Assembly (NCBI GenBank): GCA_963816145.1
Contig: CAWFJP010000031.1
Location: 416,001-480,000, forward strand
Source: an uncultured delta proteobacterium
GTDB lineage: Bacteria; Desulfobacterota; Binatia; UBA9968
Direction of reading: 5' to 3'
Length of the DNA: 64,000 nucleotides
In this document: positions 29,037 to 39,825 of the stretch, piece after piece
How positions within the stretch are numbered: the stretch's first letter is position 1
Layout of the letters: each line of letters starts with the position of its first letter
Notes under the pieces: generated by a model
The model's input: only the letters and a program-made list of their open reading frames with translations
What the model was told of the DNA's origin: nothing
Database searches by the model: none
Translations under genes and position numbers: made by a program

Positions 29037-30113
29037 TCACTTTTGCGTCATGATCTTGACCATCTCTTCGGAAATCGTGTCGATCTCCGGATTGGCCGCG
29101 ACCCACTCCAGCGTCGGCACAAAAAACTTGACGCCTTGTTTCTGCGCGGCGCGGACTCTCTGTCCGATGCGCGATTCGGGAAATAAATACATGTCCGAGT
29201 AATCGCTGTCCCAGAGGTATTGCTGCGCTTCTTTGGTCAGCATAAAGGTCGTGAATAGCTTGGCGGCGTTGGGATGCTCGGCATTCTTCGGGATCGCCAG
29301 CATGCGATGGCGAAGCATGGCGCCGTCGGCCGCGATGACATGCTCCACCGGCGCGCCATGGGCTTGGGCTTCAAAAGTCTGCGATCCGGAACAATCCATG
29401 ACGAAGGCGAGAAATTCGCCGGAGGCGACGCGATCGATCTCGTTGCAGCGGATGAGTCCGGTGACTTGCTTGGACAGTTGCCGGACGTAGTCGAGCGCCG
29501 CTTCCTTGCCCCACATCTCTTTGGCCGCGAGTATGTTCAAGCTGGTCACGTAGGGGGTCGAAGCGATTTTGCCTTTCCAATACGGCTTGAGCATGTCTTT
29601 GAGGCTTTTCGGCACTTCATTCTTCGGTATGCGCTTGGTGTTGTAGGGAATCCCGGGAATGCCGGTGTAGACGCGCAGACTGGTGCGTTCACCCTCGACC
29701 ATTTCGGTGGTGATGCGACCGGGCAAATATTTGGGCCACTCGACTTCATGAAAGATCTTGCGTTTGACCAGCGGCGTCAGGTAACTGTCGGCGCCGATGT
29801 AAACGTCCGAAGCGGAGGATTGACCGGCGGCAAATTCAGCGGCGATCTGGCTGCCGACTTGCGGCATGGCGGCGCCGGGAGTGAAGCTGATTTTGATGTC
29901 GGTGCCGAACATCTTGTTCATCATCTGCTCGAACTTGGCGGCGCCTTTGGTGCCACCCAAGGTGCCTTCGCCCCAAAGCAGTTTGAGCTTGCCTTCTTTG
30001 CTCGCGTCCTTGATCACGCCGGACATGGCCGGCGACCATTGCGCCGCGGGTAAGCTCGATGATGTCCCTATCAATAGCGCGCAGCAAATTAGAATTTCCC
30101 AAAATCGCTTCAT
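29037..30113 (-). CDS. Extracellular solute-binding protein, tandem paralog of 27840
   Basis: Shared WGEGTLGGTK and FFVPTLEWVA. Confidence 0.85.
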   Translation of the reverse strand: MKRFWEILICCALLIGTSSSLPAAQWSPAMSGVIKDASKEGKLKLLWGEGTLGGTKGAAKFEQMMNKMFGTDIKISFTPGAAMPQVGSQIAAEFAAGQSSASDVYIGADSYLTPLVKRKIFHEVEWPKYLPGRITTEMVEGERTSLRVYTGIPGIPYNTKRIPKNEVPKSLKDMLKPYWKGKIASTPYVTSLNILAAKEMWGKEAALDYVRQLSKQVTGLIRCNEIDRVASGEFLAFVMDCSGSQTFEAQAHGAPVEHVIAADGAMLRHRMLAIPKNAEHPNAAKLFTTFMLTKEAQQYLWDSDYSDMYLFPESRIGQRVRAAQKQGVKFFVPTLEWVAANPEIDTISEEMVKIMTQK

Positions 30114-30371
30114 ATTTGCTCCTGATAAAACCAAGGTGGTCTATACCTGCCGGGCTTACCGTATGTCAATCAAAAGAAACCAGAAGGGCGCAGGTCGCAC
30201 GCATCCTCGGTAGATCGGATAGGCCGGCCATTTTGTCATTTCGAGCGGAGCGAGAAATCTTTCCGACATCGAACGAGCGCGCAAGAATCCGCTGCCGAAT
30301 GGATGGTTAGCTTGACAACTTTTTGGTTAATTGAAAGGATCGCAGAATTGCCGGGAGTAATACCGGCCGAC

Positions 30372-32133
30372 ATGAGCGAATTGGTTGTAATGAACGATTC
30401 CATCAAAGCTAAAATCGACCCGATCACTCTGGAAGTCATCCGCCATGGCATCATTTCGATCTGCGATCAGATCGACGCCAACATGACGCGCACGGCTTTC
30501 AGCCCCTATATTTACGAATACAAAGACTACGCCGTTGGCTTCGTCAGCGCCACCGGCGAACTCTTGGCCCAATCGACCGGCGGCATGCCGGTGTTTGTCG
30601 CCGACTCGGTCGGAATGGCTGTGCGTGACGGCTTGGAAGTCTACGGCCGGGAAAATATCCACAACGGGGATGTCATCGTCTGCAACCACGCCGCGGTGCA
30701 GGGGCAGCACCTGAACAACACCGTAATGTACACGCCGGTGTTCGCTGGCCACAAGGGCGACGATTTGATCGGCTTCTTTGCGGTCAACTGTCACTGGATC
30801 GATATCGGTGGCTCGGCCATCGGTTCGGTCTCCTATTCATTCGACGGATATTTTCATGGAAGGCTTGCAACTGCGCTCGATCAAGATCTGGTCCAGGGGC
30901 GAACCCATCGAAGAAGTTTTCCGCATCATCGAGAACAACACGCGCTTTCCCTTGGAACTCTTGGGCGATATCGAGGCCCAGCTCGGAGGCTGTCTCCTGG
31001 GCCGCGATCTGACCCAAGCAATGGGCGACAAATATGGCCCGGAAGTTTTTCTCGGCGGGCTGGCGGTGATCCTCGATCAATGCGAAGCGGCTACACGGGA
31101 AAAGATTCGCGCCATCCCTGACGGCATCTACCGGCACGATGCGTTTCTCGACAACGACGGAGTGCGCGACGAGAAGATCCCGATCCGCGTCAAAGTGCTC
31201 GTTGCGGGCGACGAAATGACCGTGGACTTTTCCGAGATGTCGGAGCAGGTGAAAGGCTGCGTCAACTCCGGTTTTTACGGCGGCGGCCGCACCTGCGTGC
31301 GGGTCGCGTTCAAATACTTGATCGCCACCGATGAACCGGCCAATGAAGGCACCTTTCGGCCGGTCAAAATGATTTTGCCTGAAGGCAAGCTGATCAGCGC
31401 CGAAGCGACGGCGGCGATGGGGCTGTACAGCATTCCTTTTCCCACCGTGATCGATTGCATCATCAAAGCCCTGGAGCCGGCGCTCCCCGAGCGCGTCACC
31501 GGCGCCCATTTCGGCACGTTTTCGTCGCTGAGCTTCGGCGGCCGGCGCATCGACACCGGAGCGTTTTTCAAGGCTAACGACAGCGGCCATGGCGGCTGGG
31601 GCGCCTGCGCCACCCACGACGGCGCCGGACCGTTTCGCACCATGGCCCATGGCGACACACGGCTGATTCCCATCGAGCTGCAGGAGTCTATGTATCCGAT
31701 TCGGGTCGAAGAGTTTCGTCTGCGCCAAGACTCCGGCGGCGCGGGCCGCTGGCGCGGCGGCTTGGGTTTCGAAAAGCAATATTTTCTGCTCGCGCCCTGC
31801 GAACTGTGGGCAAACTTCGATCGCATCGGGTGCCCGCCATGGGGCGTGCAAGGCGCGAAGGCGGGCAAATCTGGCCAAGTGCTGATCATCAAGAACGGTC
31901 AGCAAGAAGCCGAGCTGCTCTACAAAACCGAAAATTGTCCGGTGCAGGTCGGCGACCGCGTGCGCATGTCCACCGGCGGCGGCGGCGGTTACGGCGATCC
32001 GAAAACAAGACCCGCGGAACTCGTCGCGCGGGATGTCGTTCGCGGCTTCGTTTCAATTGAAAGCGCGCGCGACGATTACGGTGTTGTCATTGACGCTAAT
32101 GGGAAAGCATCTAGAAGAAAGGATGAAGGATGA
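30372..32133 (+). CDS. Hydantoinase B/oxoprolinase family (frameshift near 30838)
   Basis: DPITLEVI, RTAFSP.I.E.KD, HLN, HWIDIGG, GGGGYGDP. Confidence 0.88.
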
Positions 32134-32206
32134 AGGCGGATGGATGAATTCGGGAAGGTTTCCGAGACCTGATTTTTTCCGCCTTCATCCCTCATCCTTC
32201 AGCCTT
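32119..32206. repeat. Gene-less inverted heptamer-arm element (GGATGAA family)
   Basis: aaggatgaaggatgaaggcggatggatgaa ... ttccgccttcatccctcatccttcagcctt; overlaps upstream stop codon. Confidence 0.82.
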
Positions 32207-32219
32207 TTTTGATACATAA

Positions 32220-34271
32220 ATGTCCTACGCCATCGCCGTCGATATCGGCGGCACCTTTACCGACCTGGTTGCTTTCGACCACGAAACGCAAAAAGTTCTT
32301 TACGCCAAGAGCCCGACGACCTATGACAATCTCGTAGAGGGGATTCTCGATTGCTTCAACAAGGCCAAGATCACTCCGGCGCAGGCGTCGCTGGTCAATC
32401 ACGGCACGACGCTGGTGATCAATTCTTTGATCCAGCGCAAGGGTTCGAAGACCGCGCTGGTCACCACCCAAGGGTTTCGCGACATATTGGAAATCGCCCG
32501 CGGCAACCGGCCCGATCCCTTCGATCTGCACTATCAGCGTGACGAGCCGCTGATTCCACGCGAACTGCGGCTCGAAGTGCCCGAGCGCATGGGGAGCAAG
32601 GGCGAAGTGGTCACGCCGCTGGATATGTCGGCGCTGGAAAAGCTCGCCGGTGAAATCAAGACTCTCGGCGCCGAGTCGGTGGCGATTTTTTTCATGAACT
32701 CATACATCAATCCAGCCCATGAAGAAGCTGCCTGTGCGACGTTGAAAAAACTGCTGCCCGACGTCTACGTCACTTACAGCACCGATCTGACGCGCGAGTG
32801 GTACGAATACGAGCGCTGCTCCACCGCAGCCGCCAACGCTTACGTCGGGCCGCAGGTGAGCACCTACATTCGCCGCCTCGATAGCGATCTCAAAAAGCAG
32901 GGCTTCCCAGGAACGCTGTTCATGATGGGTTCCAATGGGGGCTTATTATCCGCCGAACGCACCTGCCGCCAGCCAATCGGCTTGGTCGAGTCCGGTCCCA
33001 TTGGCGGCTGCATCGGTGCCGGCGCCTACGCCGAAAAGCTCGGTTTCAAAAATGTCGTGGCCTTCGACATGGGCGGCACGACGGCGAAGTGCGCGCTGGT
33101 CGAAAACGGCCGCTACTCGGTCAACTCGCTTTACTACGCCAACGGCTATGTCAAAGGCTTTCCGATCAAATCGGCGGTTATCGATATCGTCGAGGTTGGC
33201 TCCGGCGGTGGATCCATCGCTTGGCTCGATTCCCAGAAGCGCTTGCACGTTGGACCGCAAAGCGCCGGTTCGACGCCCGGCCCGGTTTGCTACGGCCGCG
33301 GCGGCGCGGAACCTACCGTCACCGACGCCAATCTGGTTCTGGGACGGCTCAACCCTGCTAATTTTCTCGGCGGCGAGATGCAACTCGATATCGCGGCGGC
33401 GAAGCGCGCCGTCAGCGAGCGCATTGCTATGCCGCTCGGTTACGGCGGCGACGACGGCACAACGCAGATGGCCGATGGAATTATTTCCATCGCCACTGTG
33501 ATTATGGCCGGGGCGATTCGTAAAATTTCCGTTGAGCATGGCCTCGACCCGCGAGATTTCATTCTGTTCAGTTACGGCGGCGGCGGGCCCCTGCACTCTT
33601 GCGCGCTCGCCCATGAATTGTCGATTCCCATCGTCGTCATACCGCCCGAGCCGGGCAATTTTTCCGCCATCGGCATGCTGCTCGCCGACGCGCGCATCGA
33701 CACCTCGAAGACTTTCGTTGGAATTTTAAACGACAATTCGGTGCCGGAGATGGCGCAGCTTTATAAAACCATGGAGCAGGAGGCAGCCCACGCCTTGGCG
33801 AAAGAATTCGGCACTGGCGAAGTGTTTTTCGAGCACCACGCCGAGATGCGCTACCGCGGCCAGCGCCATAACATCAAAGTGCCGGTGTCAGGATTGAAGA
33901 ACGCCGAGCAAATTCGCGCCGCTTTCGAGCGCGACTACAAGCGGCGCTACGGTCATGCCGATGCCAAAGCGCCGGCGGAATTTCAAGCGCTTCACTTGTC
34001 GGCCTTCGCCAAACTCAAACAACCCGATGTCGCGAGATTGCCGCGCGCCGCCGCGCTAGCGCCGGCCAAACAGACGAGAAAAATCTACATCGGCAACGCC
34101 GGCGGTTGGCTTGACGCGCCGATTTATCATCGCGACGCCTTGGCGCCTGGATTCAAAGCGGCGGGGCCGGCGGTGATCGAAGAATATGGCTCGACGACGA
34201 TCGTTTGGCTGGGCGATAGGTTCGAAGTTGGCGAGTTGCATGAGATTAGGATTTATTGCGCGGGAAATTGA
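32220..34271 (+). CDS. Hydantoinase A/oxoprolinase family
   Basis: VDIGGTFTD, HGTT, DMGGTT, GPQSAGSTPGPVCY. Confidence 0.92.
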   Translation: MSYAIAVDIGGTFTDLVAFDHETQKVLYAKSPTTYDNLVEGILDCFNKAKITPAQASLVNHGTTLVINSLIQRKGSKTALVTTQGFRDILEIARGNRPDPFDLHYQRDEPLIPRELRLEVPERMGSKGEVVTPLDMSALEKLAGEIKTLGAESVAIFFMNSYINPAHEEAACATLKKLLPDVYVTYSTDLTREWYEYERCSTAAANAYVGPQVSTYIRRLDSDLKKQGFPGTLFMMGSNGGLLSAERTCRQPIGLVESGPIGGCIGAGAYAEKLGFKNVVAFDMGGTTAKCALVENGRYSVNSLYYANGYVKGFPIKSAVIDIVEVGSGGGSIAWLDSQKRLHVGPQSAGSTPGPVCYGRGGAEPTVTDANLVLGRLNPANFLGGEMQLDIAAAKRAVSERIAMPLGYGGDDGTTQMADGIISIATVIMAGAIRKISVEHGLDPRDFILFSYGGGGPLHSCALAHELSIPIVVIPPEPGNFSAIGMLLADARIDTSKTFVGILNDNSVPEMAQLYKTMEQEAAHALAKEFGTGEVFFEHHAEMRYRGQRHNIKVPVSGLKNAEQIRAAFERDYKRRYGHADAKAPAEFQALHLSAFAKLKQPDVARLPRAAALAPAKQTRKIYIGNAGGWLDAPIYHRDALAPGFKAAGPAVIEEYGSTTIVWLGDRFEVGELHEIRIYCAGN

Positions 34272-34315
34272 TAATTAAAATGTTGGCGTCGAGAGTTTCC
34301 AAGCGATTCCGAGTT

Positions 34316-34414
34316 CCTTTCACCTTGATGGGGAAAGGTTAGGATAGGGGTGCTGCGCACGTCATTGAATTAGCGGGCACCCCCACCTTCATCCTCCCCC
34401 GTCGAGGGGGAGGA
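34316..34414. repeat. Paired REP-like hairpins
   Basis: ccccaccttcatcctccccc..gggggagga, also at 49854..49943. Confidence 0.72.
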
Positions 34415-34460
34415 AAAAGAATTCGGAAGAATCGAACAACTCCAACACATTGAGCCAAAT

Positions 34461-36155
34461 ATGAAGTCTACGTCTGACGTACCGTCGATCGATCGCTCCG
34501 TCGACCCCATCACCCTCGAAGTGATCCGCCATGGACTGGTGTCGATCACGGACCAGATCGACGCCAATATCACGCGCACGGCGTTCAGCCCGTATATCTA
34601 CGAGTACAAGGATTTTGCCGTTGGCCTTGCCGGTCCGGACGGCGAGTTGATCGCCCAGAGCACCGGCGGCATGCCTGTCTTTGTCGCCGATTCGGTGGGC
34701 ATGGCGGTACGCGACGGACTGGCTGTCTACGGGCGCGACCGCTTGCACCGCGGCGACGTAGTGGTGTGCAATCATGCGGCGATCCAAGGCCAGCATCTAA
34801 ACAACACGGTGATGTACACGCCGATCTACGCCGGGCCGGGCTTTCGCACACTGATCGGCTTCTTCGCCATCAATGTGCACTGGATCGACATCGGTGGCAT
34901 TACGCCGCGCTCCAGCGATATTTTCATGGAGGGGTTGCAGCTGCGCTCGATCAAGCTTTGGTCCAAGGGCGAGCCGATTCAGGAAGTTTATCGGATCATC
35001 GAAAACAACACGCGCTTTCCGATCGAGCTGCTCGGCGACATCGCGGCGCAGCATGCGGGCTGTTTTCTGGGGCGGGATCTCACGCAGGCGCTGGCCGACA
35101 AATACGGCATCGAGATCTTTCTTGCCGCGTTGAAAACCATGCTCGATCAGAGCGAGGCGGCGGCGCGCGCCAAAATCCGCGCCATTCCCGACGGCGAGTA
35201 CCGCCATGACACGTTCTTCGACAACGACGGCGAATCCGACGAGCCTTTGCCGATCCGCGTGAAAGTGATCGTCGCCGGCGACGAATTGACGATTGATTAC
35301 TCCGAGATCGCCGCGCAGGTGCGCGGCTGCATCAACTCGGGTTACTACGGCGGCGGGCGCACTACGGCGCGGGTGGCGTTCAAGTATTTAGTCGCCTTCG
35401 ATGAGCCGGCCAACGAAGGCACGTTCCGGCCGCTGAAAATGATTCTCCCCGAAGGCAAGATCCTGAGCGCCCATCCGACCGCGCCGATGGGCAACTATTC
35501 GCAGCCCTTCCCGACGGTAATCGACGCGATCATCAAGGCGTTGGAGAAAGCGCTTCCCGAGCGCGTCACCGGCGCCCACTTCGGAACTTTTTCGGGCGTG
35601 CGTTTCCGCGGCAGGCGCGCCAACGGCACGCTGTTCGATTGCCACGACAGCGGCCACGGCGGTTGGGGCGGTTGCGCGACCCACGACGGCGCCGGACCGT
35701 TCCGCACCATGGCGCATGGCGACACGCGCATCATTCCCGTCGAGCTGCAAGAGTCGATGTATCCCTATCGCGTCATCGAGTTCGGCCTGCGCGAAGATTC
35801 CGCAGGCGCCGGAAAATTCCGCGGCGGCTTGGGATTCCGCAAAAAATATCAATTGCTCGGCGACGCCGATTTGCAGGCGATGTTCGATCGCGTCAAATAT
35901 CCGCCCTGGGGGGTCTACGGCGGCAAGGAAGGCAAGTCGGGGCAAATCATCGTCGAAAAAATTTCCGGCGAAAAAGAAGTCATCTACAAAGCAAAGGCCT
36001 ATCCGCTCAACGCCGGCGATCAGATCACCGTCGAAACCGGCGGCGGCGGTGGTTACGGATTGCCAACCGAACGGCCGCGGGAATCCGTCGAGCGCGACGT
36101 CATGCGCGGCTATGTTTCAGCCGAAGCGGCAGCCAAGGATTACGGCGCGAGATAG
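34461..36155 (+). CDS. Hydantoinase B/oxoprolinase family, second paralog
   Basis: Same motifs as the 30372 gene. Confidence 0.92.
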   Translation: MKSTSDVPSIDRSVDPITLEVIRHGLVSITDQIDANITRTAFSPYIYEYKDFAVGLAGPDGELIAQSTGGMPVFVADSVGMAVRDGLAVYGRDRLHRGDVVVCNHAAIQGQHLNNTVMYTPIYAGPGFRTLIGFFAINVHWIDIGGITPRSSDIFMEGLQLRSIKLWSKGEPIQEVYRIIENNTRFPIELLGDIAAQHAGCFLGRDLTQALADKYGIEIFLAALKTMLDQSEAAARAKIRAIPDGEYRHDTFFDNDGESDEPLPIRVKVIVAGDELTIDYSEIAAQVRGCINSGYYGGGRTTARVAFKYLVAFDEPANEGTFRPLKMILPEGKILSAHPTAPMGNYSQPFPTVIDAIIKALEKALPERVTGAHFGTFSGVRFRGRRANGTLFDCHDSGHGGWGGCATHDGAGPFRTMAHGDTRIIPVELQESMYPYRVIEFGLREDSAGAGKFRGGLGFRKKYQLLGDADLQAMFDRVKYPPWGVYGGKEGKSGQIIVEKISGEKEVIYKAKAYPLNAGDQITVETGGGGGYGLPTERPRESVERDVMRGYVSAEAAAKDYGAR

Positions 36156-36240
36156 AGCCGAACCACCCGTTTCTTCGCTATCTTCTCAATGTCCCTTTGG
36201 GGGACGGCTGGATTCCTTGCCGTCAGGTGAAGAAACGATC

Positions 36241-36326
36241 CGTCATGCCGGCGTAGGCCGGCATCCATCTTCGTTTGCGCTGCAAAACCGAAGAAATTGT
36301 GGATTCCGGCCTGCGCCGGAATGACG
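36241..36326. repeat. Paired GTCATKCCGGC REP-like element
   Basis: cgtcatgccggcgtaggccggcatcca ... tggattccggcctgcgccggaatgacg. Confidence 0.8.
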
Positions 36327-36424
36327 CAAGGCGGAGTCGACTGAATTCACAACCCCTCGACTTAAATCCAAGCGGCATACAGGGTAGTCGATTCGGTGTC
36401 GATGACCCCGAAATGACTCAGCCA

Positions 36425-36860
36425 TCACGATGCGACAATTTCTTCGAAAGGTCGGTTCCGGCATGCCTTTCTGCCAAGTTGCATCGCGAATTTCCAGGCG
36501 GTTGCCGCTCGGATCGTGAATGTAAAGCTCGCGCCCGGTAAAATGGCCTTTGGCGCGGTATTCGAGTTCGACGATGGGAACTTTCTTTTCGTGAAATGTC
36601 TTGCAAGCCGCGACAAATCCTTCCGGGCTGACATTGAACGAGTGATGCACGCGCTCTTCGACGATGGTCTCGTCCTGCGGCTTTTGCCGCTCGCATAAAA
36701 GAATGTTGTGATCGCCGATGTTGAAGCAGGTCATCACGCCGTTGCTCAGCCGCCCCAAGAGCTCGAGACCGAGCACACCGCCGTAAAACTCTTCGGATTC
36801 TTTCAAATTGTTGACCGGTATCGACCAGTGGGTCACGCCTTCAATTTTGAATGTTCCCAT
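36425..36860 (-). CDS. VOC/glyoxalase family protein (frameshift near 36447)
   Basis: THWSIPV..SEEFYGGVLGL, HHSF, DPSGNRLEI. Confidence 0.82.
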
Positions 36861-36995
36861 AGAGCCTCCTTTATGCCGATTGGAACTGCTAATCTTTACA
36901 ACCTTCAATGCCCTTTAGGCAAGATGATGAGCGCGCGACTAGAATGCTCCAAAGACGTCATGGTCTACAGTCGGATTGGAAGGCGGAGTCGCGTT

Positions 36996-37382
36996 CTAAA
37001 ATTCGATGGTACCCTTCGCCACTAATATCCTTGCTTTCATTCGGCATAGGAGATCCATACCCAAGAGTCCATCGATGTTACCGCCAAAAGGCAGGGTATG
37101 TGCGACGGTTATGACCCGGCGAAATTGACGACCTAAAGTGTCGAGTTTCTCGACGATTACTTTTGGCGCCATAATATAGCCGCTGCCGGTCGCGATACGT
37201 TCATGCTGCTTGCTTTGGGTGGGACTCAATCCGACGGACTCGAGAACTTCTACAGGCAAGATGGTGTATGTTGAACCCGTATCTACCAGCAGATTGATTA
37301 CTTTGGTTCCTTCTGGCCCGCTGACAGCAGCTCGTGTGACGAGGAGGTTTCCGACTCGGGTTAGCGTATACGATGATGGCAA
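36996..37382 (-). CDS. Retropepsin-like (clan AA) aspartyl protease
   Basis: LVDTGST and GLLGMDLL. Confidence 0.85.
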   Translation of the reverse strand: MPSSYTLTRVGNLLVTRAAVSGPEGTKVINLLVDTGSTYTILPVEVLESVGLSPTQSKQHERIATGSGYIMAPKVIVEKLDTLGRQFRRVITVAHTLPFGGNIDGLLGMDLLCRMKARILVAKGTIEF

Positions 37383-37594
37383 AACATCACCGCCGCGTCT
37401 TCATCAATCTTTCCGAAGAATTCGAGGGAAACATTCTTGCCGCGGGTGCCGAGCAGGGCTTTGTAAATGTCGTCTTTAGTCGCTGCATGAGCAATCACCC
37501 GCCCAGCCTTCGGACGCAATTGCTTATCCAACTTAGTGTACTCGATGAGCACCCACTGATTTTGGTATTGTTTCTTGATCTTCGCGATATCCAT
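37361..37594 (-). CDS. Small DUF5678-like protein
   Basis: KKQYQNQWVLI..GRVIAH; overlaps the protease start. Confidence 0.65.
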   Translation of the reverse strand: MDIAKIKKQYQNQWVLIEYTKLDKQLRPKAGRVIAHAATKDDIYKALLGTRGKNVSLEFFGKIDEDAAVMFCHHRIR

Positions 37595-37696
37595 AATCAC
37601 GACTCCCAGCCAATGCAAGGTCCACTACAATCTAGCAAGAAGTGTATTCAATCCAGTAGTTTCGTACAAGTCAGACAAACTAGGATTCACGCAGGG

Positions 37697-38668
37697 CTAC
37701 CGTCCAATCGATCCTTCTCTAATGATATCATCCAAAATCGTTTCGTCGATAAACTGCGCCGCGCTGATCGGACGGTCGATCTTCTGCCCGGCGCGGGCGA
37801 AGTCGACAAGCAGTTGATAGCCTTCGACGCGATTTCTGCCGTCGGGGCTAAGGAGTTCGAGCAACACTTTGTACGCTAGGCCGGCGATCTCCTGATCCAT
37901 GCCGAACTCGCGCATGATCATTTGCGTGGTGTCGGCGCGGTTGTCGCGGATGTAGTTCATGGCGCGTAGCGCGGCGCGCATGAAGCGCTTGATCATGTTC
38001 GGTTGCTTCTTGATTTTATCGGCGTGGGTGACGAACGCCGTGCCCGGAACGTCGACATAGTCACGGGTGGCGGCAATCTTGATAAATCCGTCTTTCTCGG
38101 CGCGCAGGCTGTGCGGCGCGCTCAACATCGATGCGGCGAGGGTTCCCGACTTCAACGCCGCGTACCGTTCCGGTGTGCCGCCCATGTTCAACAAAATAAA
38201 ATCGCGCTCGGGTGAGAAGCCTTCCTTGACGATAATCCTGCGCAGCAGCGTGTCGACCAGCCCCCCGGGGTTGAGCGAACCTATGGATTGGCCTTTGAGT
38301 TGGGCCAGGTTGCGATATTTCGTCTGAGCGTAGAGCGCCTGATCGACGAAGGCGTTCATACTCATGACCACCCGCAGCGGCGCGCCGGCGACGAACGCTG
38401 TGACCGCCGTAGTGCTGCCGGTGCCGAAGTCGGCATCGCCGGTGATGATCGCCTTGATATCGATGCCGCCGCGCATGTAGACCATGCTGACGCTCAAGTT
38501 TTCTTTTTGAAAAAAGCCGCGCCGCTGCGCGGTTTCCAGGATTGGAAAGTTGGTGATCGACTTGCTCGGATAGCTGACAACGACGCGGTCGACGGATGTT
38601 TGCGCTTCGGCGCGATGCGCGATTAGCAACGTCAATGAAAAAAGCGCGAGAAAGATTCCCTTCAGCAT
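37697..38668 (-). CDS. ABC substrate-binding protein, NMT1/SsuA family
   Basis: Signal peptide, RGFFQKENL, ERYAALKSG. Confidence 0.87.
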   Translation of the reverse strand: MLKGIFLALFSLTLLIAHRAEAQTSVDRVVVSYPSKSITNFPILETAQRRGFFQKENLSVSMVYMRGGIDIKAIITGDADFGTGSTTAVTAFVAGAPLRVVMSMNAFVDQALYAQTKYRNLAQLKGQSIGSLNPGGLVDTLLRRIIVKEGFSPERDFILLNMGGTPERYAALKSGTLAASMLSAPHSLRAEKDGFIKIAATRDYVDVPGTAFVTHADKIKKQPNMIKRFMRAALRAMNYIRDNRADTTQMIMREFGMDQEIAGLAYKVLLELLSPDGRNRVEGYQLLVDFARAGQKIDRPISAAQFIDETILDDIIREGSIGR

Positions 38669-38682
38669 GGCGGCTCTCCTTT

Positions 38683-38712
38683 AAGGATGAAGGCGGAAGG
38701 ATGAAGGATGAA
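38683..38712. repeat. Left heptamer arm (GGATGAA family) beside truncated four-helix gene
   Basis: aaggatgaaggcggaaggatgaaggatgaa. Confidence 0.82.
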
Positions 38713-38733
38713 ATTCGGAATGAATACCGAGCT

Positions 38734-38919
38734 TTACGATTTCAAAGATTTGCCTCGGGACTTTGTCTTGTTGACTATACTCACAAAGATTCTGATCAAT
38801 TCTGTAGTTTCTTGTTGCAGCGACTCTAGTTTCTCCCGGTCGCCCATATCCAAGTCGGACAGGAGTTCGAGCCAGTATCCGGTCTCTTCAAGTTCCTGAA
38901 GTCCCCCTTCAATTTTCAA
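38734..38919 (-). pseudogene. Four helix bundle protein, C-terminal half
   Basis: KIEGGLQELEETGYWLELL..ETTELIRIFVSIV. Confidence 0.8.
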
Positions 38920-38920
38920 A

Positions 38921-39094
38921 GACCTCTACAATGCCGTAACCGGAAGCGAAATCCAGAAGCAACCCTTCTGGCAACAATTTAAGGAGTCGGCGACTCGTAG
39001 AAACAAGGCGGTCCATGCCGGAGAGATTGCGACTAAGGAGGAGGCGGAGGATTCATTCAAAGCCGCGAGCAGTCTAATCGCATACCTAAAATGA
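38921..39094 (+). pseudogene. HEPN-like protein C-terminal fragment
   Basis: FWQQFKESATRRNKAVHAG (Rx4H) then a helix and TGA; no start codon. Confidence 0.6.
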
Positions 39095-39201
39095 TGCAAA
39101 GTTTGCGCGCCGAACCCGCCACTGGAGCCGATATCAACTACGCTCTTTTTTGTCCCTTTCGTGCTGACGGTTTGGCGATGCAACGCTATCCTTAAAAAGA
39201 T

Positions 39202-39765
39202 ATGTCACTAGTTCAATTACACGCACAAAAAACGATCGAATACCTTGAGGAAGACTTGATTTCATACGAAGCCGTGTTCAACGAAAGAAAGCTTCCCGGC
39301 AAGCTGGGTGTCGGCATGATCACTAACGCCATGGCAGCGCTCGATTCGTTCGCATGGCTGCTATATCAAACTCTAGACCAGAAACTCTCAACCCGTGATC
39401 TGTTCAAAAAACTGATCACCGACTCACGCTTTTTTACAACCACAGATTTCAAAAATGAAAAGCTTCTTTACGGCATAGTGCGCTGCGGCGTAGTTCATCA
39501 GTACTACGCAAAAAATATCGACATTGTTGCACGAGACAATCACCATGTTTTCATGCAGATTGGTGGAAAACGGGCGGCCATCAATGCGTTAGGGCTTTAC
39601 CGAAAAACACTCGAAGGACTTACGAAAGTTCGCGATCACATTCTTACACTTTCTGGGAAAGACCTTGATGCGATGGATTTTAAGTTGGAACTACGATTTC
39701 GCCTGGATGAGGAACAACTTGAAGGAGCAAGTTTGGATATCGGCACACTACCACAGGTGAAGTAG
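39202..39765 (+). CDS. Hypothetical protein, HEPN-like
   Basis: LYGIVRCGVVHQY (Rx4H); lower GC. Confidence 0.6.
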   Translation: MSLVQLHAQKTIEYLEEDLISYEAVFNERKLPGKLGVGMITNAMAALDSFAWLLYQTLDQKLSTRDLFKKLITDSRFFTTTDFKNEKLLYGIVRCGVVHQYYAKNIDIVARDNHHVFMQIGGKRAAINALGLYRKTLEGLTKVRDHILTLSGKDLDAMDFKLELRFRLDEEQLEGASLDIGTLPQVK

Positions 39766-39825
39766 TAACTCTGGAAAGCTGAGCGGCGCTGGCGACCGTT
39801 TCATTGAAGCTTAATACGGATCAGT

